Positions 55,032-57,999 of a DNA stretch of 57,999 bases are shown one piece after another. The notes beneath the pieces were generated by a model, which saw nothing but the letters and a program-made list of their open reading frames with translations, did not search any database and had not been told where the DNA came from. Source of the DNA: an uncultured Gammaproteobacteria bacterium (GTDB lineage Bacteria; Patescibacteriota; Microgenomatia; UBA10105; UBA927). The DNA is taken from contig CAYLQG010000002.1 of assembly GCA_964385705.1 (NCBI GenBank), forward strand, positions 5,224 through 63,222, written 5' to 3'. The position numbers and the translations under genes were made by a program. The stretch's first letter is position 1; every line of letters starts with the position of its first letter.

Positions 55032-55765
55032 AGTTTCTTCTCCTCAACTAATTGAGCAACGTTATTATTCGCTTTGAGTAATTCGTCAAATGAGGTTCCT
55101 GCGTCAATCCACCAATCAATAATCTGACAGTGGAGACTGCCGTCCTTTAAATAAAAATTATTTAGATCAGTCACTTCAAGCTCTCCGCGAAGGGATGGTT
55201 TCAAGCTTTCGATAAAAGAAAATACCCGATTGTCATACATATATATTCCCGTCTGGGCGATATCCGATTTAGGATGGATGGGCTTCTCTTCCAAAGAAAG
55301 AACCTTCCCCTCTTTATCAACTTCTATGACACCGTATTGTTTTGATTCCGTATCAAGATGTATCCCGAAAATCATCGCGCCCTTCTCTAGTTCAGTCATC
55401 TTTTTTACGGAAGGACGGAGATCAAAATTGAAGATATTATCTCCTAAAATGACTAATATCGGTTCGTTTCCAGCAAATTCTTTTGCAAGAGCAATCGCCT
55501 GAGCGATACCGCCTTTTGGATTCTTTTGTATTGCGTAGTAGAGCTTTAAGTCAAATTCCTCACCGGCGCCCAGAAGATTTGCGAAATGCCCCGCATGGTC
55601 AGGCGCTGTCGATAAAAGAACTTCCTCGACTCCGGCGCGATGCATCGCTTCAAGCGGATAATAAATCATCGGCTTGTTGTAAATGGGTAGTAGATGTTTA
55701 TTTGTGACTCGTGTCAACGGCTGAAGTCTGGTGGCCATGCCGCCGGCTAATATAACGCCTTTCAT
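55028..55765 (-). CDS. rmlA: glucose-1-phosphate thymidylyltransferase (short form)
   Basis: 245 aa. Motifs: MKGVILAGGMATRLQPLTRVTNKHLLPIYNKPMIYYPLEAM and LGDNIF. First gene of the rml block. Confidence 0.75.
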   Translation of the reverse strand: MKGVILAGGMATRLQPLTRVTNKHLLPIYNKPMIYYPLEAMHRAGVEEVLLSTAPDHAGHFANLLGAGEEFDLKLYYAIQKNPKGGIAQAIALAKEFAGNEPILVILGDNIFNFDLRPSVKKMTELEKGAMIFGIHLDTESKQYGVIEVDKEGKVLSLEEKPIHPKSDIAQTGIYMYDNRVFSFIESLKPSLRGELEVTDLNNFYLKDGSLHCQIIDWWIDAGTSFDELLKANNNVAQLVEEKKL

Positions 55766-55778
55766 AAGTTGTTAGGGC

Positions 55779-56030
55779 TTAATGCTTGAGTACTGTTGCC
55801 AGTAAGACAATGGCAATAGCCCCTATGAGGACATATTCTACCACAATTTTCTGATGTAAGTCGCGGTCCATCGCGTGATGTATAAATCCCCAAAGTACGT
55901 AGGCCACTGAAGTGACGACGCCAATCACAAACTGAGCGTCTGAGTTAGGTGCAGCATAATAAAACGCGCCCACACCTCCGGCTAATATCAGAAAAAGAAC
56001 AACGTAGTGCATTATGTGGGCATTTTTCAT
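55779..56030 (-). CDS. small membrane protein (83 aa, about 3 TM helices), unknown function
   Basis: The ORF track extends to 56144 inside the upstream gene. The ATG at 56030 (MKNAHIMHYVVLFLILAGGVGAFYYAAP...) forms an ATGA overlap with the upstream stop at 56027. Confidence 0.5.
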   Translation of the reverse strand: MKNAHIMHYVVLFLILAGGVGAFYYAAPNSDAQFVIGVVTSVAYVLWGFIHHAMDRDLHQKIVVEYVLIGAIAIVLLATVLKH

Positions 56031-56965
56031 AACAATGACCCTCTCGCCGTGATTCCCGCCAAAATAACGATTGCACTCAAAAATAAGAAATGCGCAATAT
56101 TGTGGCCAGCAACCCGAACAATTTTCCGACGCGAAACCACCCACGCATCAATCGCAAGTACACCTAGGAGCACTCCGGCAAATACGAATACGATATAACG
56201 GGTTAATGTCGGGATATTAATTGCCGGCGTTCGCGTAACTCCCGAAAATTCACTTCCGAGACTTTGCTGTGCCGAAGCGAGAGCTGCGGGTGCCTGAGTC
56301 GGCAACGCTTCTGCCACCTGCGGAGCCTGTTGTGTTGACACTGCCTGATCTATTACAACAGGCGCCTTGGTAGGTGCCGGAGCTTCCGCTAATGAATCAA
56401 CCGATGTGCCGAACATCTGCACAACGAGCGTTGTATCCTCGCCGTTCAATTTTCCATTGACTACGGCAAAACCGATATCTTTGTAATTCGGCTTCACGAT
56501 ATTCGCTCTATGGCTTGGCGACGCCATCCATGCGTCAACGACTGCCTGGCTTGTCGAAAAATTCTTTGCAAGATTTTCTCCGGCTAACACATAGCGGTAG
56601 CCCGCCCCCGAGATAAAATCCCAAGGTGTTTGGCCCGCCGGACTGTTATGCGCCCAATAATCCTTGGCAAACATATCCTGGGCTTTATTGGCCGCTGCGA
56701 CGGATAACTCGCTATTTAAAGTTAGAGGAGACAGGCCTGCGGCGGCTCTCTGAGCGTTCGTACCATCTAATAATTGTTGTACGTGAATATCAGTGGCGTA
56801 ACCTAACACATCGGGCATCTGCCGATGAACAAACCCGAGGCCGTAATTAAAGATGGCAAACGCAAGCACGTACACAAGGAGAGTGTTTATATGAAGTGCC
56901 TTTGACCGGTGATTATTGGTATGATGCGGTACGAAAAAATGGTAAAGAGTCATCCCGAATGACAT
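56027..56965 (-). CDS. CAP/SCP-domain protein with membrane anchors
   Basis: 312 aa. N-terminal TM helix, then a CAP domain (NAQRAAAGLSPLTLNSELSVAAANKAQDM...YWAHNSP...GENLAKNFSTSQAVVDAWMASPSHRANIV...YKDIGFAVV). An Ala/Pro/Gln-rich linker follows, then 2 C-terminal TM helices. Confidence 0.75.
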   Translation of the reverse strand: MSFGMTLYHFFVPHHTNNHRSKALHINTLLVYVLAFAIFNYGLGFVHRQMPDVLGYATDIHVQQLLDGTNAQRAAAGLSPLTLNSELSVAAANKAQDMFAKDYWAHNSPAGQTPWDFISGAGYRYVLAGENLAKNFSTSQAVVDAWMASPSHRANIVKPNYKDIGFAVVNGKLNGEDTTLVVQMFGTSVDSLAEAPAPTKAPVVIDQAVSTQQAPQVAEALPTQAPAALASAQQSLGSEFSGVTRTPAINIPTLTRYIVFVFAGVLLGVLAIDAWVVSRRKIVRVAGHNIAHFLFLSAIVILAGITARGSLL

Positions 56966-57075
56966 ATATATCCATAATACGCAGATTTGTGCGGATTTAC
57001 CATACCCCTGTTATCAGGCCGTCAACGCACACTTCGCACGCATATATTTCGTATGATGAACGACTGCTATCCGGA

Positions 57076-57672
57076 TTATTCGGACGGCGTTTCAGTCGTC
57101 GTATCAGTGCCTAAAACAACCACGATATCGGTCTCTTTATTGCCCGAAGTCTGGGTAATCGAGAGTGATCCTGACATCGTGCCCTTTGTCACACCGGACG
57201 TCGTCGTTCCGCTCGTACTGAACGTCGAACTCGTTTTCCAGCCGCTTGATGAAAGTGCGTTTTTATAATACGCGTCCACTTTATCAAAGCTGTCCGCCGT
57301 TGTTAGTGTTACCCAAAATCCATTTGACTTACCCTGCTGGGCTCCTGATAACGAACTCGTTACCTTCGAACCGGGATAAATCGGGAAGTCTTTCGGAAAC
57401 GAGTCAGGTATCTGCCCTGATCCGATGTCCATTTTTGCCCCGGTTTTCTGATCTGTGAGAGTCATTTTTCCATTTTGGAGATCCTGAAGATTGGTTTTAA
57501 CTCCGGTTCGGCTCTCAATTGCTGATTGCAATAATCCCGTACCGATGCGTTTTGCAAAAAAATGCATAACTATGGAACTTGCAATCCCTAAAATAACAAG
57601 AAGAGCTAAACAACCGATTCCTATAAACACTAATGGGTTTGTCCCTTTCTTAACTGGTTTAGTTTCTGCCAT
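57076..57672 (-). CDS. single-pass membrane-anchored protein with Ser/Thr-rich ectodomain, unknown function
   Basis: 198 aa. ATG at 57672 preceded by AAAGGAG (reverse complement of 57677-57683). TM helix: LVFIGIGCLALLVILGIASSIV. C-terminal part: SSSGWKTSSTFSTSGTTTSGVTKGTMSGSLSITQTSG...GTDTTTETPSE. Confidence 0.6.
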   Translation of the reverse strand: MAETKPVKKGTNPLVFIGIGCLALLVILGIASSIVMHFFAKRIGTGLLQSAIESRTGVKTNLQDLQNGKMTLTDQKTGAKMDIGSGQIPDSFPKDFPIYPGSKVTSSLSGAQQGKSNGFWVTLTTADSFDKVDAYYKNALSSSGWKTSSTFSTSGTTTSGVTKGTMSGSLSITQTSGNKETDIVVVLGTDTTTETPSE

Positions 57673-57783
57673 ATGACTCCTTTACCCGAATCCGTCTACA
57701 GAAATCATCCTTGATTTCGTAAAAGTGACTGTAAGTGGATCGTGTATGTTAAATAACAATCAGTACTTTGGTAATTGTAAACA

Positions 57784-57999
57784 TTAATAGACCGGTGTTG
57801 CAAGTCCCTTATCGTCGTTGACCGATACCTGGAGAAGAAACCCTAATGCATTTGCTATTGAAACCCCCACACGTAAGCCCGTAAATGACCCCGGTCCGGT
57901 CGCGACGGTGATCGCGGTGATGTCCTTGAGAGACATATTCCTTTCTGTAAGAAGTTCCTCAATAAGCGGTAAGACGGTTTGGGATTTCATCACCTTGGA
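57784..57999 (-). CDS. tsaB: TsaB (YeaZ)-like t6A biosynthesis protein, partial (N-terminus outside the window)
   Basis: The reading frame is open to the window end. Motif: SQTVLPLIEELLTERNMSLKDITAITVATGPGSFTGLRVGVSIANALGF, the TsaB signature. The stop is at 57784, only about 25 codons after the motif. Confidence 0.65.
   Translation of the reverse strand, partial: SKVMKSQTVLPLIEELLTERNMSLKDITAITVATGPGSFTGLRVGVSIANALGFLLQVSVNDDKGLATPVY

Noticed and set aside
56999-57025. Sigma70-like hexamers upstream of the CAP gene on the minus strand: TTGACG (57020-57025) and TATGGT (56999-57004).
   Set aside because: The spacer is only 15 nt, the -10 is weak, and nothing independent supports it. It is not reported as a feature.
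1-57999. A search for mobile elements, CRISPR repeats, tRNA/rRNA/ncRNA genes, toxin-antitoxin pairs or defence genes.
   Set aside because: No direct repeat arrays and no transposase, integrase or recombinase motifs were seen. No intergenic space is larger than about 110 nt that could hold a structured RNA. All sizeable ORFs are explained by glycan-related or flanking housekeeping genes.

Overview
The window is 57,999 bp, visibly AT-rich and almost entirely coding. I call 48 CDS, two of them partial at the window edges. The largest intergenic gaps are about 110 nt (56966-57075 and 57673-57783). I could not recognise any rRNA, tRNA, CRISPR array, transposase, integrase or phage gene.

Nearly the whole window is one surface-glycan locus. 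It contains 22 large polytopic membrane proteins that read as GT-C-type, lipid-phosphate-sugar-dependent glycosyltransferases. By visible alignment they fall into these groups:
- PMT_2/GT39/ArnT-like: 7 genes
- PTPS_related: 4 genes
- YfhO: 3 genes
- a G-D-x-x-R-D...LLGP group: 4 genes
- MptA/MptB-like: 2 genes
- orphans with no family I can name: 2 genes

Interleaved with these are 10 GT2 genes, 2 GT4 genes and 2 Wzx/MOP flippases. Four of the GT2 genes look like polyprenyl-phosphate-sugar synthases, and one of those is fused to a GtrA domain. At the right end sits a sugar-nucleotide block: rmlA-rmlC-rmlB-rmlD, ugd and a Gmd/Rmd-like SDR. Beyond it are a small membrane protein, a CAP-domain protein, a Ser/Thr-rich anchored protein and a partial tsaB.

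Genes are arranged in three minus-strand blocks with very short gaps, chained by ATGA start/stop overlaps. These blocks are interrupted by two plus-strand insertions/inversions (15739-23194 and 29156-30433).

My main hypothesis is an inference. The locus is a multi-module, extracytoplasmic glycan assembly system. Cytoplasmic GT2 synthases would charge a polyprenyl phosphate, GtrA/Wzx would flip it, and an unusually large set of GT-C enzymes would transfer the sugars outside the membrane. The nearest analogies are mycobacterial LM/LAM assembly and the GtrABC / CsbB-GtcA-YfhO / ArnC-ArnT systems. The gene content (a DUF5667-like protein, a CAP protein, PTPS_related/GT39 arrays) and the compact overlapping genes suggest a CPR/Patescibacteria-type genome. 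I cannot prove that from the sequence alone.

All family calls come from motif recognition by eye. No database search was run.
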